A stretch of 64,000 bases of DNA from Lingula anatina (Eukaryota > Animalia > Brachiopoda). Position numbers and translations under genes: made by a program. The stretch spans positions 15,202,067-15,266,066 of the forward strand of contig CM120649.1 in assembly GCA_051362555.1 (NCBI GenBank), read 5' to 3'. The notes under the pieces are model-generated. The model ran no database searches. It had not been told where the DNA came from and was given only the letters and a program-made list of their open reading frames with translations. The stretch's first letter is position 1. The number at the start of each line of letters is the position of its first letter. Positions 25,443 to 39,245 of this stretch are shown here, one piece after another.

Positions 25443-27102
25443 CAGGGTTACCACTTAATATGGAATATTTTTTATCATTGTTATTTTTGAGTGCTGATTA
25501 AATTTTTTTTGGCTTGAGTCATTAAAAAAGTATGTCACTGAGTGATAATAACATCCAGTCGTCTGTTGTGAGATATTTTGGTCAATAATATTAAATCTGA
25601 CATAAGAAGCCATTCAAAAGAAAGGAACACCCCCAGAAAACCATATCAACAGTTTGATGTCAGTATAAAATTTAAGATAAGATTTTAAAGAAAATGATAG
25701 CCTCCGGACAGTGATATGTTACACAGTCAAAGAACTCACTACAGTAAATCATGAAAAGTCAGTAATTGCGGGTATGACCTCCAGCAGCCGCTTGCAGCGC
25801 CCTCATCCTACATGGCATATCCTGTGACACATTTTTTAGAGTTTGGGTGGGGATATCATTCCACGCAGTGATATTTGCCTGTCGCAGTTCATCACTATTT
25901 ACCGGCCGAGGACCATATCTATTAATTCTGTGAGTTACTTCCGCCCACAGATTTTCAATTGGGTTCATATCTGGAGAGTTTGCAGGCCAGGGCAGTTGCT
26001 GAACCCATTGGTTTTGAAGAAAAACAGTGATTATGCGGCCTCGATGTGGGGTTGCGCAGTCGTCTTGGTACACAAAGTTGTTCTTGAAGATGAATCTTAC
26101 CAATCGAAGCATTGTTTGCTGTAGAATGTCTCTGTAGGAATCCTGGATGAGGTTGCCTCCTAGAAAAACCAACTGGTTCTGGGCACCGACATGAAATACT
26201 CCCCAAACAGAGACGTTACCATCCCCTGCTTACACCCTAGGCAGTACACACTCATTGTTTTATGCCCCTCGTACACGTCGATGGACACGGATTCGACGAT
26301 CAACCCTAAAAAATCCATATCTGGCCTTATCACTGAAAACAACGTGATTCCAGTGTTTTGGCTGCAAACGCACGTGGTCCCCAGCCCTTTGCAGACGTCG
26401 CTGTATGTGACCTGCTGTTAACAGTGGTTTCCCTACTGGCCTTCGTGCAAAATAACCGGCTTGCAGAAATCTTTTGTTCACGTGGGACCTTGAAACGGGC
26501 GTTTGAATGACATTCTGCCTCTCTTTTCTGAGGACACTGGTTGTCTTTGTACGACCAGCACGGCGTCCACTAAGGAGAAGGCGATCCTGTCTTCTTGGTG
26601 TTATACGCGGACACCCTGGTCGAGTTATTGGAGTAGGTGCCCCTGTAGCAGCATTTCTTTGGAGGACTTCACAAACGGTTCCTGATAAATGTTGAATTAC
26701 CTGGCAATGGCTGTCCGTTTCTGGCCATTTTCTCTGAGAGCAAGAATCCCATAGTAAGCTGCGTTGCTTTGCTGTCGTACCATATCTTCACTAAGGCACC
26801 TGTCAAGTTTCAGAGCGATCTCTTTGTTGCTTCTCTAAACACGCTCCAAAGATTGACCAAACCCATGCCTTTTTATACAATGGCATAAATTGCCGAAAAG
26901 ACCACCCCTCACATTTCTGACCACAGAACATGCAACTGCATGCATCAATTGTTTCGAGAGTTGTGTGGTAATTAGGTAACACATCTGGCTACACATGGAG
27001 TGACACCTCAGCTTTGGATTTAAAGTAGTTAGAAAGAAATTAAATATTTTGTAGAAAATTTATTCGCCAAAAAATAATATTCCATATTAAGTGGTAACCC
27101 TG
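25443..27102 (-). mobile_element. Full-length, inactivated Tc1-family DNA transposon (DD34E)
   Basis: Perfect 27-bp TIRs CAGGGTTACCACTTAATATGGAATATT with TA duplication (25441-42, 27103-04); 1660 bp. The minus-strand transposase (~26783 to 25759) is frameshifted: ARRPVGKPLLT, WNHVVFSDK, YQDDCATPH, WPANSPDMNPIENLW, with 34 residues between the second D and E. Confidence 0.95.
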
Positions 27103-29359
27103 TATATTGCTTCTACTGGTACATGTATTTAAAATAACCTACTAAATGCCACTCACATGGCCCCTATTCTGACCGACTGATCTACATTTTGACACGCTGA
27201 CCCGGTTTTTTGGAATATGACCTCCATTTTCCATTGTGCCTCTTTATATGACTGTAAGTATTAATGAAATGCAACTAGGAGAATTACTTTAAACTGCTCT
27301 GCATGGACAAACATAGGTGTTATATCCGCCAAATAAGAGTCTCCAAATACCCAATTGTTAAATATATAATCATAAATATATATAAATACAAATGGTCGTG
27401 AATCTTTCACAGGTTAAACCCTTCTTAGACCCACTAACTTATCATAATGTCACTTGTCATCTGTGTTTATATACACCCAGTTACAAGATAAGATTATACA
27501 GGTACAAATGAATTTGGCATGCTGTCACAATGTTTTATCATTCAGCAACACAATTGTATGAAAAATCCAGCACACTTTATCTTTTTTCTTTCTTCTTCTT
27601 TATCTTCATTTATCTTTTTTTACCTGAACCAACTGTTTAGACAAACTGATGCAGTAAGCGAATAAGAGTTGGTCGGACGCTCCCTTTTTACGTGTTATAT
27701 GGTCAACTGAGGTTGCACGAAATATTTTGATGCCCCGGTGCTAAATCAAAATTGTCGACGATTTCACATTTGCTAAGAGAGAAAAGATATTTTCATCCTT
27801 GTACCTCCGCCCCTTGACCAAACCCTTGTCTATTTACTGTATACATAGAAACCACATCAGATTTATTATAGAGGTTGTCAACGGAGTTTACTTGACTTGT
27901 CAACAGGTGACCTCTATCAGGGGATGGCTCTTAGACAGTACATAAGTGTAATTGGAAAAGAGTCAACACCCTACTGCCTACTTACAAGTTTGCACTGACA
28001 ATGTACTTACGTGTTATCAGCAAGAGTGCATTTGTCACTCTCCGCGTGATAGCCTCGTTGTGACGTTGATGCTAAACGAAGCTCACTGCAAAGAAACTAG
28101 CTTTGCGGTATCCCAGTCAAAAGTCTTAAGACACACCCGAGTCGTTTGATATCCTAGATTATTGTAATTTATTTTTTCCTTTGGACAGCTTCCATTTAGC
28201 ACAATTATGAGGAGCCCTTGTCAAGTACTATGATTTCTCAAACTTATATTATAACATTTTTAAACAGATTCGCCTTAATATGTATCCTAGCTAAGATAAA
28301 TTAACAGGATTTGAAGACAAGCCCAGAGGGCAATTTCTGTGCCCTCTTTCACTTACTGCGAAATCAGAAATTAACAATCATATTCATCCAGGTAATTTAT
28401 ACCGCCTGTGGTACTCATCTAGAGCTCAGTTCAAATAAAAACCTTCTGATGGGCTGGGAGTAAAAAAGAGGGCTAACACTTCTAAATGTTTCTTTTAAAA
28501 GCCTCTGGGGGCCAAATATTGCTCCCCTATCCAATCACGCAGTCACCGCCCCTCAAGCTAGCAGTGCAAATATAATTCATATGGCAAGACTAGAAGATCT
28601 TTAGTGAAGGCAGAATTTAAACATTACCTTTATCATTAAATAGGTGGTGCACCAAGATGTTTACCCCCACTTAAAATGAGTACGTGACAATCGTCGTGAG
28701 ATCAACCTGGGGAGAATTACGTTTAAATATAGATTATATAATCAGAAAGCAATCAGTAAATTTTTTATCAAGAAGAGTTTGTGTCGATTTTTTGACTCCA
28801 CTGACACTGAGTGCATTTTTAGTGTACTTAATAGCACGCGGAACGAACATCTATGAGGTCTGATGTATACGGTAAGCTATCTGCTGAGCTACCGATCTGT
28901 AAAGGTTTGAGCAATATTCATACCCTGTGCGTTCACCTGATATATAAAATGTTTTATTTTGCAAACTCATCAACAAAGAGAACAATAAAAATGATCAAGG
29001 AGCTGCAAGGTTGAGAAGCTGAGCGTATAATCATCGTGTGCGCGGGAATTATTATCGGACCTGAATGCAGGTCTCTTAATCTTAGTATGAACTTATTTTT
29101 CCACTGCCAATAATTTTTACTTGTTAACCCCATACCTATGTACAGATGCAAGTGCGCTTTAACAGTGCAAGGGGGGGGGGGGGGGGGGGGGGGCGAGGAT
29201 GCGAAGACGGGGCCATTGGTGTGATTTTTTTTCAGAAATCGAAAAGCGGGAGGGGGGGCGGAGGGGGAGTGTCTGAAAATTTATCCCGACTTTCATCAAG
29301 ACTCAGCTTTACTCAGCAACCAAACGGCGGACGTTTGCAGGGTGTTGCTTTGAAGGGGG

Positions 29360-29420
29360 TGTAGAGCCGCATTTTGCAACCGGTTGCAAAATACTTTCGG
29401 TTGCAAAATGCAGCTCTACA
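29360..29420. repeat. 61-bp near-perfect inverted repeat (hairpin)
   Basis: Arms TGTAGAGCCGCATTTTGCAACCG and CGGTTGCAAAATGCAGCTCTACA match at 22 of 23 positions around a 15-nt loop. Confidence 0.85.
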
Positions 29421-32400
29421 GGGGCTTGTACACATGAACAAGGATAGCACATTTTGGCGAGCGAACCAAGGCAAATATGTAATACTAGTCGATGAGGGCA
29501 ATTTTACTATAGTATATATGACACGAGAATGAAAAGATTAGTCAGCTGTGTCTCGCTTTGCTTGTTATGCTGTTTTTTTTTTTTTTTTTTTTGTATTTTT
29601 TGACGGTGGGTGGGGGTTGTTGAAAGGGGGGGAGTAGGGGAACAAAGCAGGTGGTAGACGCCTTTTCACTCTTCAGTTCATACGTCGATTTTATTCATGT
29701 TAAAAAGGATGGTAACGAGGGTTAAGATCTTTGATTTGGCAAATATCCTGAAATCAGTACGTCACGTAGTGCACCTTGTAACCTGTCATCTCCATCACGC
29801 CTGGATATCGCTATCTTCTCTAATCCCTGTACGGTCCCAAGGTCAGGGTCAGCACGCGGGTCCAAGGTCAGGATCATGGATTACATGTAGGTGCAGAGAT
29901 AATTCAGATAATTCCAGTATAATGCTTGCGTGATTCAATTTAACAACATTCTGTAAAGAGTGATTTTCAGATTTGAGTGAGTGATTTTTAGACAATGTTG
30001 CCGTGATTACTCAAAGCGGACTCACCGTCAGCATATATCAGTAGTACGTGTGTCTAGTTACTGCAGAGCCATGCTTTTATTGAAATTTATACATTCTAGC
30101 AATCTCTGAAACTCATGATTTGTGCGAATGATGTGATATTTAATCTTTCTCTGTACTGAATTTTTTTCCGATGATCTCTGCGAATACATAAATGCTCAAA
30201 ACCATCTGATTTTATGTAAGAAGCTGATTAGCATGCTTAGTTCTTGATACACCAGTGGTTTTTATTTTCCATAATCTCCACCATTGTCATGCCAGTAATT
30301 ATAGTGTTTCTGTCGACGATTTAGGTTGTCTCCATACATGATGATATACACGTGCCTACGTATACATGTACATCCCTTTGTTCTTTTTTTTTTTTTAATT
30401 ATCAAGATTCTATTGTCGCATTGGTGATAATTCAAATTGTGCCTGATATAAATATAACATGATTCACGAATTCATTGACATTCATGATTCATTGAAATTA
30501 TGACAAACGTAATTTATTCACACACATGCATTTTCATTTTCTTTTTTTGAGTAGTAATCTTAGGAGTCTATGGCCACTGCAATAGCGAATATAGGGGGGG
30601 TCAGAGGGTTCTGCTCCCCCCCCCCCCCACCCCCCGCTCTTCGAAAAAAAATCACAAGCCGAGTCATGATGACATTCGGGATTAATTTTCAGACACCCAC
30701 CTCTGAAATCAGGGCGTTTGTTGGATGACTAAATAGAAACGATAACAAAACAATACAGTATAGCACGCTGGCCCACGCACAACATATCTTACAGTGTATA
30801 TGACAGTTACTTGCATATGGAAATAAATGTTTTCTCTCATGCATTTCACTGAATTGGCTATTTTTATTTTTTTAAATATATTTTCAAAATCATTATGGAA
30901 TTTGACGAGGTGTATTTTTTAGATGATAGCTTTTAGAATATTTGTATTTTACACAATGCCGACACGAGTACATCTGTGAATCAAGCACCCGTTTCATTTT
31001 TTGTTCAATGCTTAAAATTATTATTCCAGCGTGTCATAGAGGATATTATGGCGAGCTAGATGACATGCATCCAGCAACCGTCAATTGATGTAAACGTATT
31101 CAGGGGTGGGGGCAGGTGAGGGCGAACGAACGGTCATCTTTGGTAAAAGGTCCACGAAAGTGCACGCTTACACGTCGCCTTTTGCCCCATTCAACTTCGC
31201 AAGTGACACAACAATGCCATGCTTTCTTACACTGCTGACACATGTACTAGCATTTCTGCCATGGCATTAACATTTCACAACCCGTCACTGCATGAATGCA
31301 CAGGTCGTGATCGCCATGGAGTTAGCAGTTGGTGCTTTGTTTTATCAACTCGCATGGAAAACTTGCGGGGAAAACTGTACCCGTTTTATAGCCGTGTTTT
31401 ATACACTTAGAACTACTTACGCAAGGTGACCCCAAGATACGACACGGCGCTATCCAGAGCGTGTTCTACAGTGTTTAAAATTCAATGGAGAGAAAAAGGC
31501 AGACAATTATAAAATAGGGTATTTGTATGATCTACATGTATATGTCAAAAAAACTTCAAGGCCCAACTCAAATGTTAGTGTTATTTGACTAGGAGCTTTT
31601 TCATAAAAGATTAAATGGCCAGTGTTTTATTCCTTACTTTATTTAAGCAGATAATAACAGATCTGTCTTGTATAAAATTAAACTCGTAAAAAAGCGGTGT
31701 TTAAGTTTAAAAAATAACTTGACTAAGTAATAAAGGGACTTGAAATTTTTTTTAAAGTATGCAAAACCTCAAAACCATTCCGACTAGTGACTTAGGCCCA
31801 GTAAGCCTCTTCAGTGTAATACGGCCCCCTATATCAGGAAATTTTTCACGAAAAGGCGTCCCAGGGGTGGTCAATTAAAATTATATTTGAATAAGTTCAT
31901 AATTTACAGTCGGAAGCTCATATGGAGAACTTGTGAGAGCGTAATTCCACTTAAAGACGTCTCAAAGTGACATCGGTTCAGATCGAATCGCTGAAATATA
32001 CCGTTTTATGTGAAAAGGATGTACCTGTACTATATGATTGACAGACTGTGATTTAACTTTATGCAATTTACACATACGCTCAGTTATGTCCTATTCCCTA
32101 CATCAAACATGTATTCAGATAACTGTCTCCGATGTGTCCGATCAAAACTGACCAGTGTGACTTTATTACATCGTATGACAGACAAGGTCATCTTCCTATC
32201 ACGTGATAACGTTACGAAACCACCTCTAAATGATTGGCAAGTGATCGATCTAAATATACCGGTGATTTATTTGGTCCCGATTATTATGCCATTGGACACT
32301 AATCGCGTAGCGTGTCCATCTTCTTATCACATGATCACGTAACGAAATCATCACCAATTGATTGACTCATCTTCTTAGTTCAACGTGTACAAGTCACGTA

Positions 32401-32727
32401 ACTAGACCGCTTTCTAATCACTTATTTACACGACGGAGCCATTGGGGTATTGGGTGATCGGTCCTCCATTTAAGAGGTACAAGCAAACCAGTTTTCGATC
32501 ACGTATGCGCATAGCAATATCATCAATGACAAAAACGTCGATGTGACTTTCAGCAGGTCCCGGATATCAAAACTCAGCCGTGCGCTGTTTGATCCTTTGA
32601 TATTTCATTTGTTTGGAGCACACAGAGAGAAATATATACCTAGTGCTCCGTGTCTACTATAATGTTTTATTTCCCGTTGATTCATTGAAGTCAAGCTTGA
32701 ATCAGTTAAATGACATTATGCTGCTGA

Positions 32728-32728
<1 letters not shown>

Positions 32729-32792
<64 letters not shown>
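32729..32792. repeat. (TG)n(AG)n compound microsatellite
   Basis: Direct reading. Confidence 0.95.
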
Positions 32793-32800
<8 letters not shown>

Positions 32801-33991
32801 AACTCGACAGGACCTTGACTTAATTTCAAGTCATGCACATCCAAACAAAACCATTCAGTGGCCTTGAAATGATCTTTTGGTGTGTCTATGGTTTGGATTA
32901 TGTAGTTTTACCCCCATAACATTCTGTTTCATAAAATAAGTAAACCATCGTTTAGACTTAAAACAACCATGCACCCTGGCTCCAGGTACGCGTGGGGGCC
33001 GAACCTCACCCGCCCATAAGTTAACGTAAGAGACAATTAACCCATCACAACATTTACAGTTTCATTGGATGAGTTGATTATTATAATTGTATTATTTATG
33101 TGAATGACATTGTGTGTTCCCTTCGTTCTAAATCACCAGTGGTTCCACTCAGTCACTATTTGGTTAACTTCTTATATAGGTGTAAACATGACCCAACTAT
33201 TCGCTTGCAAAGTTCACTGCGACCTGGTTTTGATCGACCCACACTTTTTTCCTTACGTAAAGCTATTAACAATGGCCCAGTACAATTGACGTGTTTTTCT
33301 CTATTATACCCGGTCTTAGTCGATTTCACAAGCCGGCTATCAAAATTCAGTCAAGTCACCTAGCTCTGAGACCTCTGCTTATTCCCGATAAACATGTTTT
33401 GATCAGGCAAAAAAAAAAAATATATAATTATTTGGAGACGACAGGGACGAGAGAGAGTGCAGTAGAACTATTGCTAGTACTTTGAAACTCAGGGGGTAAG
33501 AGAGCGCTATCTGGGGTGGAGGTGGGGGGGGGGACAGTCGCGCTCAGTGCTCACTTTTTTCTGGTGGAGGTTTTAATTTTGATGTTTTCACTAGATTTAG
33601 TGTACATTGGGTTTATGAGAATCTTTGTCAACCAGAGAATTTTTTTCTGCTTTTTCCTTATCTAATTTATATAAAAAGAAACAAGTAAAGTACAGAACCA
33701 GAGTGATAAAAATAGACAAAACCTGAAGAAATAGACATAGATGGCAAACACAAAACGATATAAAAGCAATCATTTTCCAACATCAGAACTCACTTAAAGA
33801 TAAAGGGTTAAACGTTATTTTGCACTTAACTCCCCAAATTTAAAAGGAAAGGCTTGGAGAAAAACAATGTGACAAATTAAACAAGGAAGAGGAAATAGCA
33901 ATATGATGAAGATATATGCGTGATGTTGTCGACCGCAAATCACCATTATTTTGATGTCAGAACAGAAGAACTCAGATGACACGCTGACGGC

Positions 33992-34141
33992 CTGTTTCCA
34001 GAGAAGACGGGGCGATATACCTTAGTGCAGCGCCATACGACTGTTTCCAGTGAAGATAGGACGATATATCTTAGTACAGCGCAATACAACTGTTTCCAGT
34101 AAAGATAGGGCGATATATCTTAGTGCAGCGCCATACGACTG
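33992..34141. repeat. 49-bp minisatellite, 3 copies
   Basis: Unit CTGTTTCCAGTGAAGATAGGGCGATATATCTTAGTGCAGCGCCATACGA starts at 33992, 34041 and 34090, with no spacers. Confidence 0.92.
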
Positions 34142-34319
34142 CCATATATCCATCACAGAAACCACGTCAACTTTGCATGCTTGATTCTTCCACTGTACAA
34201 CACGTAACTATTTTAAGGGGGCGGGGCGTAACTTGAAATTCTTACTCGTATCTTGATTATATGGTTTTATATATAGTCCAGTGCTATTGTAGTAATGTTT
34301 GTTGACATCTATTTATATG

Positions 34320-34449
34320 TACATTGTTTTCAGCACATACTGGTGCATAAATTACTATATATGATACATTGTTTTCAGCACATACTGGTGCATAAATTAC
34401 TATATATGATACATTGTTTTCAGCACATACTGGTGCATAAATTACTATA
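34320..34449. repeat. 45-bp minisatellite, ~2.9 identical copies
   Basis: Unit TACATTGTTTTCAGCACATACTGGTGCATAAATTACTATATATGA starts at 34320, 34365 and 34410. Confidence 0.95.
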
Positions 34450-37400
34450 AATGAATATCTAATCATCTATGTGTAAACAGCTAATTTTATCAGAGGGCCT
34501 TAAGTGCAACTCTTCTGCAGTGAAAAAACGTGCCAGTTGTTTACACTTGTTTATAAGTTTCACGTCTATTCGTTCACAATACAACGTATAACAGATTGAT
34601 TAATTTTGCCCACACATAGGCCTAAACAACATAATGGAAACAGAATGAAAAGTAGGGCAATTCATTCAGAACACAACATTTCATTGATTACTGTGTGTGT
34701 GAAAGACGTAATATTGACGATTCGATTACGACAATAACAGCCAGAACAACAACGTTGAGTTAGACATAATTACGAAGACCCGTGCAGCCTGTCGTACAGA
34801 AGGCCTGTGGACCAAAACTTTGTTTAGTCTTAGCTTTTAGACCAAAATTATAGCCTACTAACTTCGACCTGTGATAATCTTTAGTAATCCAATAACATTA
34901 AATATTGTGCCCATTCTATGACAAGAAAGACCACCAATATTTAAAACCAACGCTTAATTTATTTAAGTGCACTACCTGTGTTTTGGATTTATCTTAAACC
35001 AAGTAGAACAATTCTTTGTATTGTAAAATTTGGGGCTAAAGTTATTATTTAAAAAACAGGTTCCGTAGGTGTGAGCCGTATCAAAATGCAAAACATCTTC
35101 ACAATGCCTAATACTCGGATAATCCAATTATTGCTAATAATAACACCTTGCTCAGGTGTGAGTGCAATAGCAGACTGAAGAGAAAAGCTTGAAAACACCA
35201 TTCACAGGTGTAAACAGCTTATTGAGCATAGTTGTCATAACATAGTTATGTGCGGATCTAGTAAAACAAGTGTTCTCGTAGAAATTAAAATGTTACAACT
35301 GCTACGTACAGGTTCTACCGCATGTTTTTGTCTCACATTTGTCGATCGCTACTGCCGAAAAGGATTTTGTACATGACAAAGGGACTTGCAGTGACAAACT
35401 CCACTTTCTGTTTGGCCTCCAAACAACAATCGATAATATCCAGGGCTTCTATATTCATTACTACAAAAACACCTACGTGCTCTGTACTACGACCATGACC
35501 CCGACTTGAACTTTGTTTGCTTATGTAACGCCAGGTTGTTGTTGTTATGCTAAATTGTAAGAAATCGTGTCGGCAAAGCGTAACCCATTGTGCTGTTTAT
35601 TTTTAGATCCGCACAACAATATTTCGCACACCTGTTTGGCTGCAAAGAATGTCGAATACAACCCTCATTGCAACATTCAAGTAAGTCAGTTTATCAAACT
35701 GAATGCAACCAGAAAAACCAAGTACCTGGAGTTGGATTGTGTGAAATAATGATCAAACACGTGACAGTGGTTATGTTTCGACATGTTGTAAAAAGTAACC
35801 ACCAACATAACTATAGCATCTCCGGGCAATGCTGGACAAGCCCGTATTTCCAGAAACAGACAATATTAATTGCCTTCATTGGAAATATGGCATGTATCAA
35901 AACATGCCACATTTAGAGCGAGTACCAATTCCACCGGGTTCGATCGCAATGGTACACAAATGCACTGAAATGCCACATTTCCGAATATTACATTTCCTAA
36001 AATGAGAGCATTAACAGGTTCATTAAAACTGGCTGGGGACTATCGAACGCCTGTCAATATTGTCTGATAGTGCCAGTGCCAAAACACCTGTGGTCATTAC
36101 AGATATACGTACATGCATTACAAATGTGTTCTCATAATTGCAGGGCATATTATACGTTCTGCTACAGCATTCATATCAATCAGGGCTCGTGTTGCATGTT
36201 GTCTAGGTAACAGATCCGATAGATTTCAGAGTGGGAAAATGTTATGTTCGTGATTGAGATTCACACCTGGAAAAAAAGACAACGGATTGCCGAACGCTTG
36301 TGAGAAGAGAAAATGCGCAAGACTGGCACCAGTATCTGCAAGACCTCTCCTTAACAATATCTTGTAGATCCGACTAACCAGGATGTAGATTTCGGTAATG
36401 ATACATGGACTTGAGCCCTGAGTTTCAGATCGAGATTCCTTTATGAGATCTCTATCAGTGGAAAAGCAAGGGGGTACTGATGAAAATGAAATAGATTAAG
36501 TTACATTTGCGACAGAAACAGTGAGATTTTATCTCAGCTTGGACATATTAACTAATTTGTCCATGATCTCAGTATTCTCTGTCACAAAATGCATGTCTGT
36601 CTGCTGAGCCAAGCGTTGATAAGGAAATCCATCCAGAAGTGAAAAGCCCGTGTTGATACTAGTTATTGGTTCTTAGAAATATATGAAAACCAGGGGGATG
36701 GTGTATGAACATTTTATGCAGCGAGCAGTAATATAGGAAATCCATCTTAAAACAGCATTTAAAGCAGATGAGCGTCTCTGCTGGGAGAAGAGAGGAGTTA
36801 ACATGCAGAGAACATAAGCCAGCTGGTCTAATCCTATACCACAAATAAAAATACTTCCATTTCCAGGAATGTGTACCCTGAGTGTCATCGCCAACGTGAG
36901 TTAGCTTCTTATCTTCTCAAAATATTTGATGCCCTCTTGATAAGCGTGCACGTGTGGAGAACTGGGTTTAAGATGAAGGTGGCACGCATCGGGCAAGCAC
37001 CTCAGGGTAGTATACCTAAACGTGTTAAACGAAAGCGAAAGTGCCGTAAAACACGAGATTCGTCCTCACTTTAATTATCAGGCAGCATGATGTCCACACA
37101 CGACACTCGCCTCATATTTGCACCCGGATAACACGATGAATAATTCTTCATAACAAACCATAAATCAAACTGAATGTCAAACCTAACCTTGTTCCAGCTT
37201 ATAAATTCTTATAATATCCAAGTCCCAGATACTTTACACGGGAAACGCCCCTTCAAGGACCCCTAAGCTAAAGGTGAAAGTAGATCTGATAAACCATGTC
37301 ATGTCTTTCTATTTCTTTTCCTTTTTTCATCTTTAACAGTAAGTTTGCCTGCACTGAAGTTGCCGTCGGAGACTTAAAGGTTACATGCACTAGGTAGATC

Positions 37401-38729
37401 AGACTGTGCAAAATTCGGGCTGCATTAATAAAACGTACCACCGCCCTAGGATTAAAACCTGACTCATAACTCCAGTCAAAACCCGTCTTAGTTATAACAG
37501 GTTATAGGCCTCAAATGCCATGCATAAAAATCGACGTTGCTAGGAAACGTTCAGATTAAAGAGCGACTTATTGCTGTAATGTAGGAACCCAGTCAAAACC
37601 AGACACTTAGAAGATGCGCTTTAGGTCATTAATTTTAGTAGGAGGAAGTACAATTCAGCAAAAAGTAACTTATTCTTGGTGGGGAGTTGCAACGCGAGAT
37701 ATAGCTTAACCTGTGCAATAAACCGGGTCAAGCATAACGCAAGCTCTCTGTGGTACTCTTATGAAAGAAAACCTAGGTCACATTCAACGCCCATTTTCTT
37801 TTTTTTTACATTCGCGCGGTTACGTATAGTGCCCCTGCAAAGGTCAGGTGAAAATTCTGTGCCATCGAATACTTTGGCATCGATTGGAATAGTAATAAAC
37901 ACTCAAATTTCAGTCTGTAATTTTAATATGTAAACAAAATGGAACAATTATGTGAGATACAAGTATCAAAATCATGACAACAATTCGATGATATTTACAT
38001 TGTAAATTACGTATACATGAATCATCCTTTTCCATTTATATAATATATGGTCGTAATGTACAGTCACACTCATTGCAGATATGGTATATCAATGTCTATG
38101 TCTCACGTTAACATAATAAGCTGCCTTTGGGAAATGTTTTTTCAGACCCTGTAGCGTTTGATCGAAGATTGTTTTGTGCGTCTGCAGTTCTCCTGGGTTT
38201 GACTGCAAAAGTCCGTGCTTCAATTCTCTGCAACTGCTATCAAATTGCACTTTTCCCTCGATTCAATAATGTTCGTCTTATCACATACACGTTTGTAATT
38301 TCGGATGAAAAGTGTCACTATCATTCTATCAAACAAATACGATGTACTTTTTAACAATATGTTGACAACGAGTTACTCAAGCATGCCTGAGAAAGACTGT
38401 CATTTTTCAAGTCTCTGTAGGTCGCCATAAAATGTCTACATCGAAACAGAACCGACTAATATAGTCCTTTCTCAAGTTCTATATCATCCAAATGGACAAT
38501 TCACTTCCCAAATCTACAAATATCTCCAAGTCATGGTGAACAAAAGTTTGTGATTCAAAACAGCGCTATCGTTATAATCGCATTAAATGATATGTAGTAG
38601 GCTACCTACTTCTAATTTGTCTAAATCATGATGGGGCCACGCCCCCTTTATGTATTGTTTGAGCGAGTGAATGAAATCGAGAAAGCACGAGATAGTCATC
38701 TAATTTACAATGCCTGCGGTCAGAGATGT

Positions 38730-39245
38730 CTATAATGCGAATGATGAAATCCCCGATGTATGAAGGGAGGCGTTGCCTGTGGCTGGCAATACTGCGTCCT
38801 GGTATCTTGTTGTTAGATAGTTCGCAGCGTCGGTGAGCTGATGCAAGACGTTGAACAGTCCACTGAGATGATGTCGGAACATTTTGGCAGTCTGTTTCGA
38901 CTGTTCGTCCATATTTTCTGTCTCATCGTCCGCGTCCGTGTCTAGAGACCCCGGTCCACGTACGAGCTCGTTTTTGACCGCGTTTAGCATGCGGTAGCAG
39001 CTCAATAAGTCTGTATTGTTCATTTCCATCCCCACCGGTATCACGGCCTTTTCCTGCGAGTTGTTTGTGTCGGGGATAATCTCAATATCCATGTCTCGAA
39101 GGCGACTGGGAATCATAACAGTGCTGTCCATGCTATCGACGGCTTGCACAAATTTATTCATACAGGCCGAGAGAGATTGTTTCGCTGGCCGTTCAAGGTT
39201 GTTCACGTTGTTATAATTCCATCTCGGGTTTGAATTCTCCTCCAT
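38730..39245 (-). CDS. MID1IP1: MID1-interacting protein 1 / Spot14 (THRSP) family protein, single coding exon, 171 aa
   Basis: Family motifs KQSLSACMNKFVQAVDSMDSTVMIPSRLRDM, DLLSCYRMLNAVKNELV and FRHHLSGLFNVLHQLTDAANYLTTRYQ. The ATG at 39245 is in strong context (ttcaccATGG). Confidence 0.93.
   Translation of the reverse strand: MEENSNPRWNYNNVNNLERPAKQSLSACMNKFVQAVDSMDSTVMIPSRLRDMDIEIIPDTNNSQEKAVIPVGMEMNNTDLLSCYRMLNAVKNELVRGPGSLDTDADDETENMDEQSKQTAKMFRHHLSGLFNVLHQLTDAANYLTTRYQDAVLPATGNASLHTSGISSFAL

Noticed and set aside
33992-34449. 49-bp and 45-bp repeats as CRISPR or as coding repeats (ORF 34284-34466)
   Set aside because: They are head-to-tail units without spacers. The ORF arises only because 45 is divisible by 3 and it has no splice support.
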